Origin: a virus | Taxonomy: Duplodnaviria > Caudoviricetes | IMG/VR virus record: IMGVR_UViG_3300037608_000248 | Coordinates: 1-51,712 of that record | Direction: 5' to 3' (one strand) | Length of the DNA stretch: 51,712 bases | Shown: piece by piece, positions 8,503 through 17,595 of the stretch | How the letters are laid out: each line of letters starts with the position of its first letter | How positions within the stretch are numbered: the first letter of the stretch is position 1 | Translations under genes and position numbers: made by a program | Notes under the pieces: generated by a model | The model's database searches: none | The model's input: only the letters and a program-made list of their open reading frames with translations | What the model was told of the DNA's origin: nothing

Positions 8503-8531
8503 ATTTTACAGTAACAAATTGCTACCGTAAA
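8503..8531 (-). promoter_or_regulatory. Leftward (repressor) promoter
   Basis: Minus strand TTTACG-17bp-TAAAAT with an operator in the spacer. Confidence 0.6.
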
Positions 8532-8617
8532 TAATAGTAACGAAAAGAAACAAATTATTAATATTATGCTTGACAAGGTAACGTTACGTTACTATAATAT
8601 GAGTAACGATACGTTAC
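8511..8617. promoter_or_regulatory. Operator array GTAAC-N5-GTTAC (genetic switch)
   Basis: Sites at 8511-8525, 8537-8551 (degenerate), 8578-8592 and 8603-8617 (perfect); another degenerate copy at 8833-8847. Confidence 0.8.
8570..8598 (+). promoter_or_regulatory. Consensus sigmaA lytic promoter
   Basis: TTGACA-17bp-TATAAT; the spacer is an operator. Confidence 0.9.
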
Positions 8618-8633
8618 GGGAGTTGATGATACC

Positions 8634-8870
8634 ATGCCAATACCTAGAAATTGGTTGAAAGTAAAAAGGCTTAAGCTTGGCCTCAAACAAAAGGATGTTG
8701 CGGAAGCAGCAGGCATTCAAAGGGCATATTATACAATGATTGAGAGTGGTGTTCGCGATCCAAGTGTAGATGTTGCAAAAAAAATATCCGATGTTATTGG
8801 TTTCGAATGGCCAATTTTTTTTGAAGAATGTAGTAACGATATGACACTATGCAGCGGAGCAGATGCCTAA
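8634..8870 (+). CDS. Cro-like HTH regulator
   Basis: LKQKDVAEAAGIQRAYYTMIESGVRDPS HTH. Confidence 0.88.
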   Translation: MPIPRNWLKVKRLKLGLKQKDVAEAAGIQRAYYTMIESGVRDPSVDVAKKISDVIGFEWPIFFEECSNDMTLCSGADA

Positions 8871-9079
8871 CTCAGTGTGTATTTCCAAATGAGCTGCATA
8901 GGATATAGAGAGGGAGGCCAGTGACATGAAGGAAGATTCGCTCACTGGACAACCATCTAAAGATTAACAAGATTAGGACGCTTGAATTGAAGGTTGGCAT
9001 GGAGGTTAATGCTTTACACCTTTAAGGGTGTAAAGTCTTACTCCCCAAGTTTAGGAAGCAAAACAAAGGAGGCAATAGC

Positions 9080-9772
9080 ATGACCCAAATGAAGCTCTGG
9101 CAACAACCGTTTGTATATGAAGGCCGCGATGTTAGGATTATCAGTCTTAATGGTCAACCATGGTTCGTGGCGGCTGATGTTTGCAGTGTGCTGGATATTT
9201 CCAAGCATCGCGATGCCGTTTCTCGTCTCGATGAAGATGAAAGGGGGTCGGTATTAGTGGACACCCCTGGCGGGCAACAACAAATGGCAGCAATTAGTGA
9301 GGCAGGATTATACTCACTGATTATGGTGAGCCGGAAACCAGAAGCAAAAGCATTCAAACGCTGGGTTACTCACGAAGTGTTGCCGGAAATACGCAAAACT
9401 GGTGGCTACTATTTGCCTAAGACTCTGCCCGATGCTTTACGCCTGGCCGCTGATCTTGCAGAAGAAAATGAAACACTAAAACCCAAAGCCGAAATGCACG
9501 ATCTCTTCTTGGCCGCCGATAATGCCCAGCCGATGAAAGAAGTGGCCGATGCCGTTGGTGTAGGCCGTAACACCCTCTTTAAACTGCTCCGCGAAAAGAA
9601 GATTCTTACCAGCCAGAACATTCCCTACCGCCGCTATCTTGACCGCGGCTATTTCAAAGTAATTGAAAAAACTATTGAGATGGGCGGCCAGGTAATCAAC
9701 AAGCCGCAAACCTTAGTGACGCCTAAGGGCATTGATTACATAGGCCGGATTATCCGGGATAAAAGCGCTTAA
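9080..9772 (+). CDS. Phage antirepressor (BRO-N + KilAC/ANT)
   Basis: PWFVAADVC, SEAGLYSLI..SRKPEAKAFKRWVTHEVLP.IRKTG; C-terminal GRNTLFKLLR..TLVTPKG. Confidence 0.92.
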   Translation: MTQMKLWQQPFVYEGRDVRIISLNGQPWFVAADVCSVLDISKHRDAVSRLDEDERGSVLVDTPGGQQQMAAISEAGLYSLIMVSRKPEAKAFKRWVTHEVLPEIRKTGGYYLPKTLPDALRLAADLAEENETLKPKAEMHDLFLAADNAQPMKEVADAVGVGRNTLFKLLREKKILTSQNIPYRRYLDRGYFKVIEKTIEMGGQVINKPQTLVTPKGIDYIGRIIRDKSA

Positions 9773-9802
9773 ATTTAGTTTTCAAAGAACAGGAGGTGCA
9801 CC

Positions 9803-10009
9803 ATGTCAGATCAGCCATATCTCTTGAGAGTGCCCGAGGCGGCTAAACTGCTGGGTTTAAAAAAGTCGAAAGTGTATGACATGGCCAAGCAAAACCTGAT
9901 CCCTGCGGTTAGGTTTGGCCGGTATGTTCGAATACCCCGCAAAGACTTGGAACAATGGGTAAATGAGCAGGTAGACGGAAACAGGCAAAGATGGTCGAGT
10001 TCTCTTTAG
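9803..10009 (+). CDS. Excisionase-like HTH_17 protein
   Basis: LLRVPEAAKLLG..KSKVYD....IPAVRFGRYVRIP. Confidence 0.85.
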   Translation: MSDQPYLLRVPEAAKLLGLKKSKVYDMAKQNLIPAVRFGRYVRIPRKDLEQWVNEQVDGNRQRWSSSL

Positions 10010-10040
10010 TCTATTAAACCACTGAAAGGAGGTAAAAGCC

Positions 10041-10577
10041 ATGTATAAAGAGGCAAGAAAGAGGGCCAAACTCAGCATAGAAGAAGCTGCGCCAAGGCTA
10101 CATATTGCAACCAGAACGCTTTGCAACTATGAATCCGGTGCTTCAATGGCTTCCCCTGAAACAGCTCTGGCCATGAGTCGGGAATATAACTCGCCGGCAC
10201 TGACAATGCTTTATTGCCGTAAGGAGTGTGCTATCGGCAAGGCCTATGCTTACGAGATACTAAATAACGTCGATCTGCATCCTGCTGCGATCATCAATAA
10301 ATACCGTCAGGAAAACAGAGAAGCTAATGAAGCCATTGAGCAGCTGGCAATTGTAATGCTCAACAAGACCACCAGGTGTAGCTGCACGCCTGAAGAGTTG
10401 GCGCAGATTCACCGCCTGGCCCTGGAACTGCTTGACCTGCAGCACGTGATCGAAACTTTAAAGCTCAGGCTGTGGGATTACTGTGAAGTTGATCAGCTGG
10501 TTAAAGAACACAACAGCAAATGCCTGAAAAAGAGATATTACGACCCGGGTAAGACTGATCTGCAGCTGGCTGGTTAA
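10041..10577 (+). CDS. XRE-HTH regulatory protein with helical C-terminus
   Basis: ARKRAKLSIEEAA..L.IA.RTL.NYESG; YC...CAIG. Confidence 0.75.
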   Translation: MYKEARKRAKLSIEEAAPRLHIATRTLCNYESGASMASPETALAMSREYNSPALTMLYCRKECAIGKAYAYEILNNVDLHPAAIINKYRQENREANEAIEQLAIVMLNKTTRCSCTPEELAQIHRLALELLDLQHVIETLKLRLWDYCEVDQLVKEHNSKCLKKRYYDPGKTDLQLAG

Positions 10578-10670
10578 GGAAGCTAAAGACAGGCAGTGTT
10601 AATTATGGCTTATGCCGGCAAGAATTACAGTTTTAAAGCCTGGCTGAAAGAACAGAAAGAAGGGTTGAAG

Positions 10671-11027
10671 ATGGAAACTGCAGTTGACTACGAGAAAGTG
10701 TATAAGGCAGACCGCAAAAGGTTCGGCACCAGGGTGGTAGTGCTTGAGCCCGGTCACTTAAGACTTAGCCAAAGAAACCTGGTTCATCTATATCGGCATA
10801 GCCCTGATGGTTTTGAATGGGGCTATGGTGGCAGTGGGCCGGCAGACCTGGCCTTAAGCATTCTGGTTGATGCTGTAGGCACAGATTTGGCAGAAGAGCA
10901 CTACCAGGCATTTAAAGGCGCGTTTCTGGCCACGCATTCACGCGATGGCTTTGAGATTAAGTTAAGCGAAATATTAGGGTTTATCTATGGAAATGGAGGT
11001 GAACAGTTATGCCAGGAGGCAAAGTAA
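10671..11027 (+). CDS. DUF6166-like protein
   Basis: HSPDGFEWGYGGSGPADLAL motif; start reassigned to ATG 10671. Confidence 0.7.
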   Translation: METAVDYEKVYKADRKRFGTRVVVLEPGHLRLSQRNLVHLYRHSPDGFEWGYGGSGPADLALSILVDAVGTDLAEEHYQAFKGAFLATHSRDGFEIKLSEILGFIYGNGGEQLCQEAK

Positions 11028-11176
11028 TTCAACTTGGCAGCTGCAGTATCTGCCGCAGGCCAGCAAGGGGCAATTATTGCAAGAAGCACGAGCCGTTTTA
11101 CCTGTTCTGGAATAAGAAGAACGCCCTCAAAAAGAAGGCGCTCATAGGAAATTCTCACAGCCCTATTATAGCATAA
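11009..11176 (+). CDS. Small Cys/His protein (55 aa)
   Basis: Read by hand: GGAGGTG RBS, MPGGKVIQLGSCSICRR..YCKKH.. Confidence 0.6.
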   Translation: MPGGKVIQLGSCSICRRPARGNYCKKHEPFYLFWNKKNALKKKALIGNSHSPIIA

Positions 11177-11193
11177 ACAGATCGGGGCGGCAA
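11112..11193 (-). ncRNA. Putative antisense promoter plus ~45-nt terminated RNA
   Basis: Minus strand TTGCCG-17-TATAAT with extended TG; GAGCGCCTTC/GAGGGCGTTC stem followed by TTCTT. Confidence 0.5.
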
Positions 11194-11340
11194 ATAGTTG
11201 TAAAGCGGCCGGGGCTTAACCTCCCCTTGAAATCCCGGCCGCCTAAAATTTCGGGGGCGGCAGGGTGTGGCTGGTTCAACCCCTTCTCTGGCCGGACATC
11301 CGGCCCCCGGTAAATATAAGTTCAGAAAGGATTTATACAA

Positions 11341-11475
11341 ATGCAAAAACTACTATCAAAACTATTTGACCAGGAAACGCTTGAGTGGCTCGATGCCATA
11401 GGCTCTGGCCTGCTCTTCATGTTTGTATTCGGCGTGCTATACCTGTTTATGGCCAGCCTGCAGGGGGCTCAATAA
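11341..11475 (+). CDS. Small membrane protein (44 aa)
   Basis: Read by hand: MQKLLSKLFDQETLEWLDAIGSGLLFMFVFGVLYLFMASLQGAQ; AGAAAGGA RBS; TAATG coupling. Confidence 0.6.
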   Translation: MQKLLSKLFDQETLEWLDAIGSGLLFMFVFGVLYLFMASLQGAQ

Positions 11476-11867
11476 TGGAAAACTTTTATATCTACAAAAC
11501 TGTTGATGGAGTCGTTTACAAGGTGGAAATACAACCCAAGCTACATGCCAACAACGGCAGACTGGCTTTGATGCTCTCAGACTTAGAAGACAGGCAGCCG
11601 GTGGCCATGATCACCTTAAACTGTCCCGAGATTAAGCTTGGCCCTACCGAGTTGGTTGTTAAAAGTTATGCTGAAAATGAGGGTATGGCTGAGTTTTTAC
11701 TTAAAAACAAACTGATCAGAAACAATGGTACAAGGACTGACGGCTATCCGGAAGGTGCGCGTATTGTGGAGATGACCGAAAAGTTGAGCAGCCTTATCGA
11801 TCAAACAAGACTTAAAGATCCCTATTGCGTGCATGGCAAGGTGCGAGGAAAGCTTGCCACAGGCTAA
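11475..11867 (+). CDS. Hypothetical protein (DUF4313-like)
   Basis: NNGRLAL.L....PVA.ITLN..NEG..EFL.KNKL; start reassigned to ATG 11475. Confidence 0.6.
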   Translation: MENFYIYKTVDGVVYKVEIQPKLHANNGRLALMLSDLEDRQPVAMITLNCPEIKLGPTELVVKSYAENEGMAEFLLKNKLIRNNGTRTDGYPEGARIVEMTEKLSSLIDQTRLKDPYCVHGKVRGKLATG

Positions 11868-11905
11868 GGCTATAACAATAAGCATATAGACGGGAGGAGA
11901 ATAGA

Positions 11906-13864
11906 TTGAAACTAATTACCTTAAAACTTCATAACTTTAAAGGCATTAAATCTTTCACCTTTGATGCCCAGGGCGAAAACGTATCTGTAATGGGTGATAA
12001 CGCTACTGGTAAAACAACCGTATTTGATGCGTTCACCTGGTTACTGTTTGACAAGGATAGTATAAACCGCAAAGATTTCGAAATAAAAACCCTAGATAAA
12101 AACAACCAGGTCCAGCATGGGCTGGATCACTCAGTAGAGGGTGCCTTTGAAGTCAACGGTAAAGTGGTAGTTCTCAAAAAAGTCTACTCTGAGAAGTGGA
12201 CACAGAAGAGGGGCTTTTCTAAAAAACAATTCACCGGACATACAGTAGATCACTTTATCAATAGTGTCCCTGCTACAGCCCGTGAATACGGTACTTACGT
12301 TTCTGAAATGGCTAATGAAAACATATTCAGGCTATTAACAGACCCTAAGTACTTCAATGAGCAAATGCATTGGCAAGACCGGCGCAAGCTCTTAATCGAG
12401 TTGTGCGGTGATACCACAGATGAAGAAGTAATTGAGTCCAACGATAAACTATCAAAGCTGAAAGAAATATTGGGCGATCACAAAATAGACGATTATAAAA
12501 AGTTAGTTGCTGCCCAGAAAAATGAAATCAATAAAGAACTGGAAAAACTGCCAGTCCGGATTGATGAAGTCGACCAGGGACTGCCTGATATTTCAGCGAT
12601 AGATAGTAAGACACAACTGGCCTTGATAAAAGAACTTGACTTAGAGATTGATCAGAAGGAAGAAAAGAGGCGCAGTATAGCTTCTGGCGGTGGTATTGCT
12701 GAGTTAAAGGCAGAGCTGGCTGATCTTAATAACAGCATGTATGAGCTTAAGAACCGGCTGCGTGAAGAAGAAGATGCAAAGATAGAACCGCTTAGGGTTG
12801 AAAAAAGAAAGTTAACAGGCGAAAAGTCACGGATAGAAACTGAAATACGTGAAATAGAATTTAAAACTACCGCATGGGAGGTTCATGCTAAATCAGCACA
12901 GGCTGAAATTACAAGCATGCGTGACAAATGGCATACAGAAGATGCAAAAGTCTTTGAGTTTGAAGATAAAGATATTTGTCCTACCTGTGGCCAGTCACTG
13001 CCTGCAGACCAGGTTAAGGAAGCCAGGGATAAGGCAATGGCAGATTTCAACCAGGAGAAGGCTGAAAGACTTAACACTATAAGCACCAGGGGTAAAGAAG
13101 CTAAAGCAAGGCTCGATAAATACGAGGCTGAAATAGCTGAACAAAAATCAAAACTGGAAGCACTTACAACAGAACTTAGTCATGTAACGGCAGCCATAGA
13201 AGAACTGCCGACTGAACCTCAAGCTACAGATATATCTACCAACCCGGAATACCAGGCACTTGCTGAGCAGAAGAAGGCGCTTGAGGCAAAGATAGCTGAC
13301 AGGAATGAAGCAAATACGGATCTCCTGACAACCATTGAAAATGAAATTGCAGAATTAAAAGGCCAGGCGCGGGAAGCCGAATTAGAACTGTCCAAGATTG
13401 ACCAACACAAAAAGGGCCAGAAGCGCATCAAGGAATTGGAAGCACGAGAGAAGGAACTGGCCGGACAGTATGAACAGCTTGAGCAGGAGCTGTTTTTGAT
13501 GGAAGAGTTTGATCGCAGTAAGGCTGCTCTATTGGATGAAAAAATCAACAGCCACTTTAAAATGGCCAAATTCAAACTTTCCCGGGAGCAAATCAACGAG
13601 GGCATTAGAGAATGTTGCGATACCCTCTATGATGGCGTTCCTTACCCGAACCTGAACAACGGTTCCAAGATTAATGTAGGGCTCGACATTATTAACACTC
13701 TAGCAGAACACTACGAGTTTAGCCCTCCCATATTTATAGATAACAAGGAAGCTGTCACCAAGCTGATAGATGTCAACGCTCAGATTATCGCCCTGGTTGT
13801 TAGTGAGAGAGACAAGAAACTGCGGATTGAAACTGCAGAGAAGCAAATTAAGGAGGCTGTGTAA
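11906..13864 (+). CDS. SMC/Rad50-like AAA ATPase
   Basis: Walker A GDNATGKTT, long coiled coil with CPTCG zinc hook, LNNG signature, PIFIDN.E. Confidence 0.88.
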   Translation: MKLITLKLHNFKGIKSFTFDAQGENVSVMGDNATGKTTVFDAFTWLLFDKDSINRKDFEIKTLDKNNQVQHGLDHSVEGAFEVNGKVVVLKKVYSEKWTQKRGFSKKQFTGHTVDHFINSVPATAREYGTYVSEMANENIFRLLTDPKYFNEQMHWQDRRKLLIELCGDTTDEEVIESNDKLSKLKEILGDHKIDDYKKLVAAQKNEINKELEKLPVRIDEVDQGLPDISAIDSKTQLALIKELDLEIDQKEEKRRSIASGGGIAELKAELADLNNSMYELKNRLREEEDAKIEPLRVEKRKLTGEKSRIETEIREIEFKTTAWEVHAKSAQAEITSMRDKWHTEDAKVFEFEDKDICPTCGQSLPADQVKEARDKAMADFNQEKAERLNTISTRGKEAKARLDKYEAEIAEQKSKLEALTTELSHVTAAIEELPTEPQATDISTNPEYQALAEQKKALEAKIADRNEANTDLLTTIENEIAELKGQAREAELELSKIDQHKKGQKRIKELEAREKELAGQYEQLEQELFLMEEFDRSKAALLDEKINSHFKMAKFKLSREQINEGIRECCDTLYDGVPYPNLNNGSKINVGLDIINTLAEHYEFSPPIFIDNKEAVTKLIDVNAQIIALVVSERDKKLRIETAEKQIKEAV

Positions 13865-13867
13865 ATT

Positions 13868-14887
13868 ATGGCAGAAGCCAAGAAGAAAGAAACAGAAGTT
13901 GCTGTCTCGGAAGAATCACTGTCTACCCGGTTTATGAATAAAGTAATAGCTGAGTTTACCGGTGGAGTTGGTGAACCTGCATTAACCAATTTTCAGAAAA
14001 GGTTGGCCCAGAATTACTTCATTGCCATCGATGCTGCGTTAAAGAAGGCAGAAGTAGGGCGCATGAAAAAAGATGCTGAATACCGGGACCAGCTTGCTAT
14101 CACCTGGAACAATGTAAATATGGAACAGCTGGCCAGAAATGTAGTAGCTGCTGCCAGGATCGGCTTAGACCCGGCATTATCAAACCATGTAGCAATGACA
14201 GCGTTTAAAAATAACAACCTGAGCAAATACGATATTGTTTTTATCGACGGCTACAGGGGCGTGGAACTAAAGGCTATCAAGTATGGTTTATGTGTTCCAG
14301 ATAGTGTTGTTGTGGAACTAGTCTACTCTACCGACACCTTTAAGCCGATTAAGAAAGACATCCGCAATGAGGTAGAAACCTACGAGTTTACTATTAACAA
14401 TCCCTTCGACAGGGGCGAGATTGTAGGCGGCTTCTATTACCACATCTATTCTAATAATAAAACCAAAAACAAGCTCGTATTTTGGTCCATAGACGAAATC
14501 TTGAAGCGCAAACCCAAATATGCATCAGTTGAATTCTGGGGCGGCGAAAAAGACGAGTACAAAAACGGCAAGAAGACCGGCAAGAAAGTCCAGGTAGAGG
14601 GCTGGTATAAGGAAATGTGCTACAAGACTATCTACCGGGCGGCCTTCTCAGATATTACCATCGACAGTCAGAAGATTGATGATGACTATCTGAAGCTGAA
14701 ACACCTTGAACAGACCTATGATGATGCGATGGTAGATCAGGAAGTCTTAGAAAACGCCAATGTCACGGTAATTGACATCGATGCAACGCCTCAGGAAGAG
14801 CAGGTCGAACAAAATGATGTTGTCATACAGCCGCAGGTTGATACCACTGAAGAAGGGCAGCAAACTTTAGGAGGCCCCGGATTTTGA
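13868..14887 (+). CDS. RecT-family ssDNA annealing recombinase
   Basis: GLDP, GYRG, ELVYSTD.F, W..EM..KT motifs; position between ATPase and MBL hydrolase. Confidence 0.8.
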   Translation: MAEAKKKETEVAVSEESLSTRFMNKVIAEFTGGVGEPALTNFQKRLAQNYFIAIDAALKKAEVGRMKKDAEYRDQLAITWNNVNMEQLARNVVAAARIGLDPALSNHVAMTAFKNNNLSKYDIVFIDGYRGVELKAIKYGLCVPDSVVVELVYSTDTFKPIKKDIRNEVETYEFTINNPFDRGEIVGGFYYHIYSNNKTKNKLVFWSIDEILKRKPKYASVEFWGGEKDEYKNGKKTGKKVQVEGWYKEMCYKTIYRAAFSDITIDSQKIDDDYLKLKHLEQTYDDAMVDQEVLENANVTVIDIDATPQEEQVEQNDVVIQPQVDTTEEGQQTLGGPGF

Positions 14888-15591
14888 TTAAGATTACCGC
14901 ACTCGCAAGTTCGAGCAAGGGAAACTGTTATCACATCGATGATGGCAGTTTCCCCCTGCTCATTGAATGCGGCATATCCTACAAAAAGATTCAGCAGGGT
15001 ATTGGTTTTAAAATGTCTTCACTTAAAGGTTGTCTTGTTAGTCATGAACACATGGACCACTGCAAGGCTTCTCCTGAACTGATGAAGGCCGGTATAGATA
15101 TTTACACCGGGCAGGGAACGATAGATGCCAGAGGCTATAGCGGCCACCGTATTAAAGCCGTCGAAGCTCTAAAGCAGTTTACGGTAGGTTCCTGGACAAT
15201 ACTGCCTTTTGATGTAGAACACGATGCTGCAGAACCTTTAGGGTTTTTACTTCAGAATTCTCTGGGAGACAGGCTGCTTTATGCTACAGACACTTACTAC
15301 CTTAAATACAGGTTTGAGCGGGTAAATTATTTGATGCTTGAATGCAACTACGATGAAGCGCTGCTTAATAATAATGTTCTAAATGGTGATATTCACCCGT
15401 CAATGAAAAAGAGAATCAGAAGATCTCACTTCAGCCTGGATAACGTCAAGGGATTTTTGAGGGCTAATGATTTAAGCGGTATTCGTGAGATCTGGCTGAT
15501 TCACCTGTCAGAACAAAACAGCAACACTGAGAGGTTCAAGAAAGAGATTCAGCAGTTAACCGGCAAACCTGTAATAGTGCCGGGGGAATAA
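14884..15591 (+). CDS. MBL-fold metallo-hydrolase (exonuclease)
   Basis: ASSSKGNCY, SHEHMDH, HDA, ATDT, ECNYD, SH.S, LIHLS. Confidence 0.9.
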   Translation: MIKITALASSSKGNCYHIDDGSFPLLIECGISYKKIQQGIGFKMSSLKGCLVSHEHMDHCKASPELMKAGIDIYTGQGTIDARGYSGHRIKAVEALKQFTVGSWTILPFDVEHDAAEPLGFLLQNSLGDRLLYATDTYYLKYRFERVNYLMLECNYDEALLNNNVLNGDIHPSMKKRIRRSHFSLDNVKGFLRANDLSGIREIWLIHLSEQNSNTERFKKEIQQLTGKPVIVPGE

Positions 15592-15605
15592 GGAGGAAAA
15601 GACAA

Positions 15606-15938
15606 ATGGCAGCGACACAAAAGGCAAGACACTTGGCGGCTCAAGCTTGGTGCAAAGATAAAACCAAACATATTGAAATGGATTCTGATTTAGCAGAAGC
15701 TTTTGCGGAAATATTAGATCCTTATATTTTAGACAATTACGTGCTTGAAAAGATAATTTGTCCCATAATGAGTGGCCCGGTACAAGTGCCTTTAAATACA
15801 AGTTGTGGAACTGGTTACCAGCTATTTAAAGCTCATTGCCAAACAGAACAGTGCGCTTGGTTTCAGCATGGTCGGTGCGCTGTATATTCACTGTCAAGCA
15901 CAACCGGGATGATGTTTGATGTATTGGTGAAAGGGTAA
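15606..15938 (+). CDS. Hypothetical protein, Cys-rich C-terminus
   Basis: AGGAGG RBS; 110 aa. Confidence 0.7.
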   Translation: MAATQKARHLAAQAWCKDKTKHIEMDSDLAEAFAEILDPYILDNYVLEKIICPIMSGPVQVPLNTSCGTGYQLFKAHCQTEQCAWFQHGRCAVYSLSSTTGMMFDVLVKG

Positions 15939-15947
15939 ATAACCTTT

Positions 15948-16028
15948 GGCGGGGTAGCTCGAAAGGTAGAGCACCGAAGCATGCGCTGACACGTCCGGAG
16001 GATGCAGGTTCGAATCCTGCCCCCGCCA
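15948..16028 (+). tRNA. tRNA-like RNA with aberrant anticodon arm (identity undetermined)
   Basis: Acceptor GGCGGGG/CCCCGCC-A, D arm GCTC/GAGC, T arm GCAGG-TTCGAAT-CCTGC; anticodon arm 25 nt instead of 17; no encoded CCA. Confidence 0.7.
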
Positions 16029-16049
16029 AATTAGAAAAGTGAGGCGGAA

Positions 16050-16325
16050 ATGATGGTTTCTATTAAGGGATGGGCCTTTAAAGAAAATCAAGACGAACTG
16101 GCAAAAGAACGTTTTGGCCGCTATCAGGAAATTAAGGACGATCCGGGCATTACGGTTGAGTCGGTAAGGTCTGCATACGCTGAGACGCTATACAACGGAA
16201 CGATAGAAAATCCAGAACGTACTGCTCTTGACATATTGTTGATTTGCGATCGCGGTAATACCTGTTTTGGCGGTGCAGTAGCTATTGAAAAGGGTAGGTT
16301 TTCGGCCACAGTTTTTACTGATTAA
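16050..16325 (+). CDS. Hypothetical protein
   Basis: 91-aa ORF with GAGG RBS. Confidence 0.65.
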   Translation: MMVSIKGWAFKENQDELAKERFGRYQEIKDDPGITVESVRSAYAETLYNGTIENPERTALDILLICDRGNTCFGGAVAIEKGRFSATVFTD

Positions 16326-16340
16326 AACATGTAAATCTTT

Positions 16341-16448
16341 GGCGGGGTGGCAGGTTGCGGCTGGCCCTCGCTCGCTGCAGAGAGCAGTAAGCAATGCGCG
16401 GCCTGACAGCAACGATTGCTTTGACCAGCTGGGCAGCCGGCCCCGCCA
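16341..16448 (+). ncRNA. Putative structured RNA closed by the same GGCGGGG/CCCCGCC-A stem
   Basis: Nested stems CGGCTG-GCCC/GGG-CAGCCG, GCTGC/GCAGT and AAGCAAT/ATTGCTT in an intergenic gap. Confidence 0.5.
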
Positions 16449-16469
16449 GATTATATAGGAGGTAGCATC

Positions 16470-17123
16470 TTGAAATTTAACGCGGAAATTGACCATGTGC
16501 GAACTCTTAAAAAAGGAGCAAAGATAGTGCTTGCTCTTGATGATGAAAATGCTGATTACATGATGAGCCATATTCAGAATTTCAGGAAGCTACCGCTTAC
16601 TGTTGAGCTGCTGGTGGACTGTGACGAACAGAAGAAGCGTTTGGCCATGATCAATGAAGAGCAGCGCAAGAAGATCTATGCAATTTTTAATGATATTGCT
16701 GATCATACCGGCAACATCACTGAAGCAGTAAAAGAAGCTATGAAGCAGATGTTTACTGAAAATAGCGGTTATGAAATGTTTTCGCTCTCAAACTGCAGCC
16801 GGGAACTGGCCAGAGACTTTATCGAATTCTTGATCGGCTGGTGTTTTGAGAACGGGGTGCCGCTGGTTGATCACCCGAAAGAATATTTTGAGGATATCGA
16901 AGTATACCTGCGTCTATGCATTGAAAAGAAGATCTGCTGTATCTGTGGCAAGCCTGCGGAGGTTCACCACTGGAACGCGATCGGCATGGGCCGGGACCGC
17001 AAAACCTACGATGATAGCGATCATAAGAAAATGGCACTGTGCAGAACCCACCATGATGAGATTGAAACCATCGGCCGTGATGCTTTCGAGCAAAAATATC
17101 ACGTTACGGGGGTGCTGGTATGA
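16470..17123 (+). CDS. Putative HNHc nuclease (DUF968-like)
   Basis: EQRKKIYA, A..FIEFLI, CCICGK.AEVHH..AIGMGRDR, ALCRTHH.E. Confidence 0.8.
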   Translation: MKFNAEIDHVRTLKKGAKIVLALDDENADYMMSHIQNFRKLPLTVELLVDCDEQKKRLAMINEEQRKKIYAIFNDIADHTGNITEAVKEAMKQMFTENSGYEMFSLSNCSRELARDFIEFLIGWCFENGVPLVDHPKEYFEDIEVYLRLCIEKKICCICGKPAEVHHWNAIGMGRDRKTYDDSDHKKMALCRTHHDEIETIGRDAFEQKYHVTGVLV

Positions 17124-17449
17124 GCTACGACTACACTATAGAAACACGGTTAATTCATAAAATGTGCCAAGAGTTTCTCGACAATTTTGGCTGGATAGTC
17201 ACACATATAAGGTTCGGTTCATACGGAAATACCCTCGAGGATCATAAGGACTTCTTTTGTATTGCAGAGCGTGAAGGCGCAACAAAAAAACTATATTGCT
17301 GTTCAAGTCAAGAACGCATTTATGGCTATACCGAATCAATACCTGGTATTGGATGCTACAGAATAGAAGACCCAGCAAGGGAATTGACGCCAGAAAGCAT
17401 AGAGGAAAATATGCCAGCTTTTAAGAGGGTTCAACATAGCGACCTGTAA
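17120..17449 (+). CDS. Hypothetical protein
   Basis: ATGA-coupled 109-aa ORF. Confidence 0.6.
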   Translation: MSYDYTIETRLIHKMCQEFLDNFGWIVTHIRFGSYGNTLEDHKDFFCIAEREGATKKLYCCSSQERIYGYTESIPGIGCYRIEDPARELTPESIEENMPAFKRVQHSDL

Positions 17450-17595
17450 TGCTTACGACGAAAGCCAGGTTAAGGACAAGCTCTGCATCAGCTGCCACAG
17501 GCCGATCGGCGGCTACGACTTCGAAGAGATTAAAACTTTTGCCCGGTTCGGCCAGATTTTGTTCATACATAAAGACTGTAAGGAGGTTACGTATC

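Noticed and set aside
8918-9035. 13-codon ORF and hairpins between cro and the antirepressor
   Set aside because: Possible attenuator, but too short and unspecific to support
15948-16028. tRNA as attachment (att) site
   Set aside because: Lies mid early region, with no duplicated 3' half or adjacent integrase
17449-17595. 5' extension of ORF 17449-17760
   Set aside because: The RBS supports ATG 17596. An alternative Cys-containing frame exists here but has only an ATA start, so it was left uncalled
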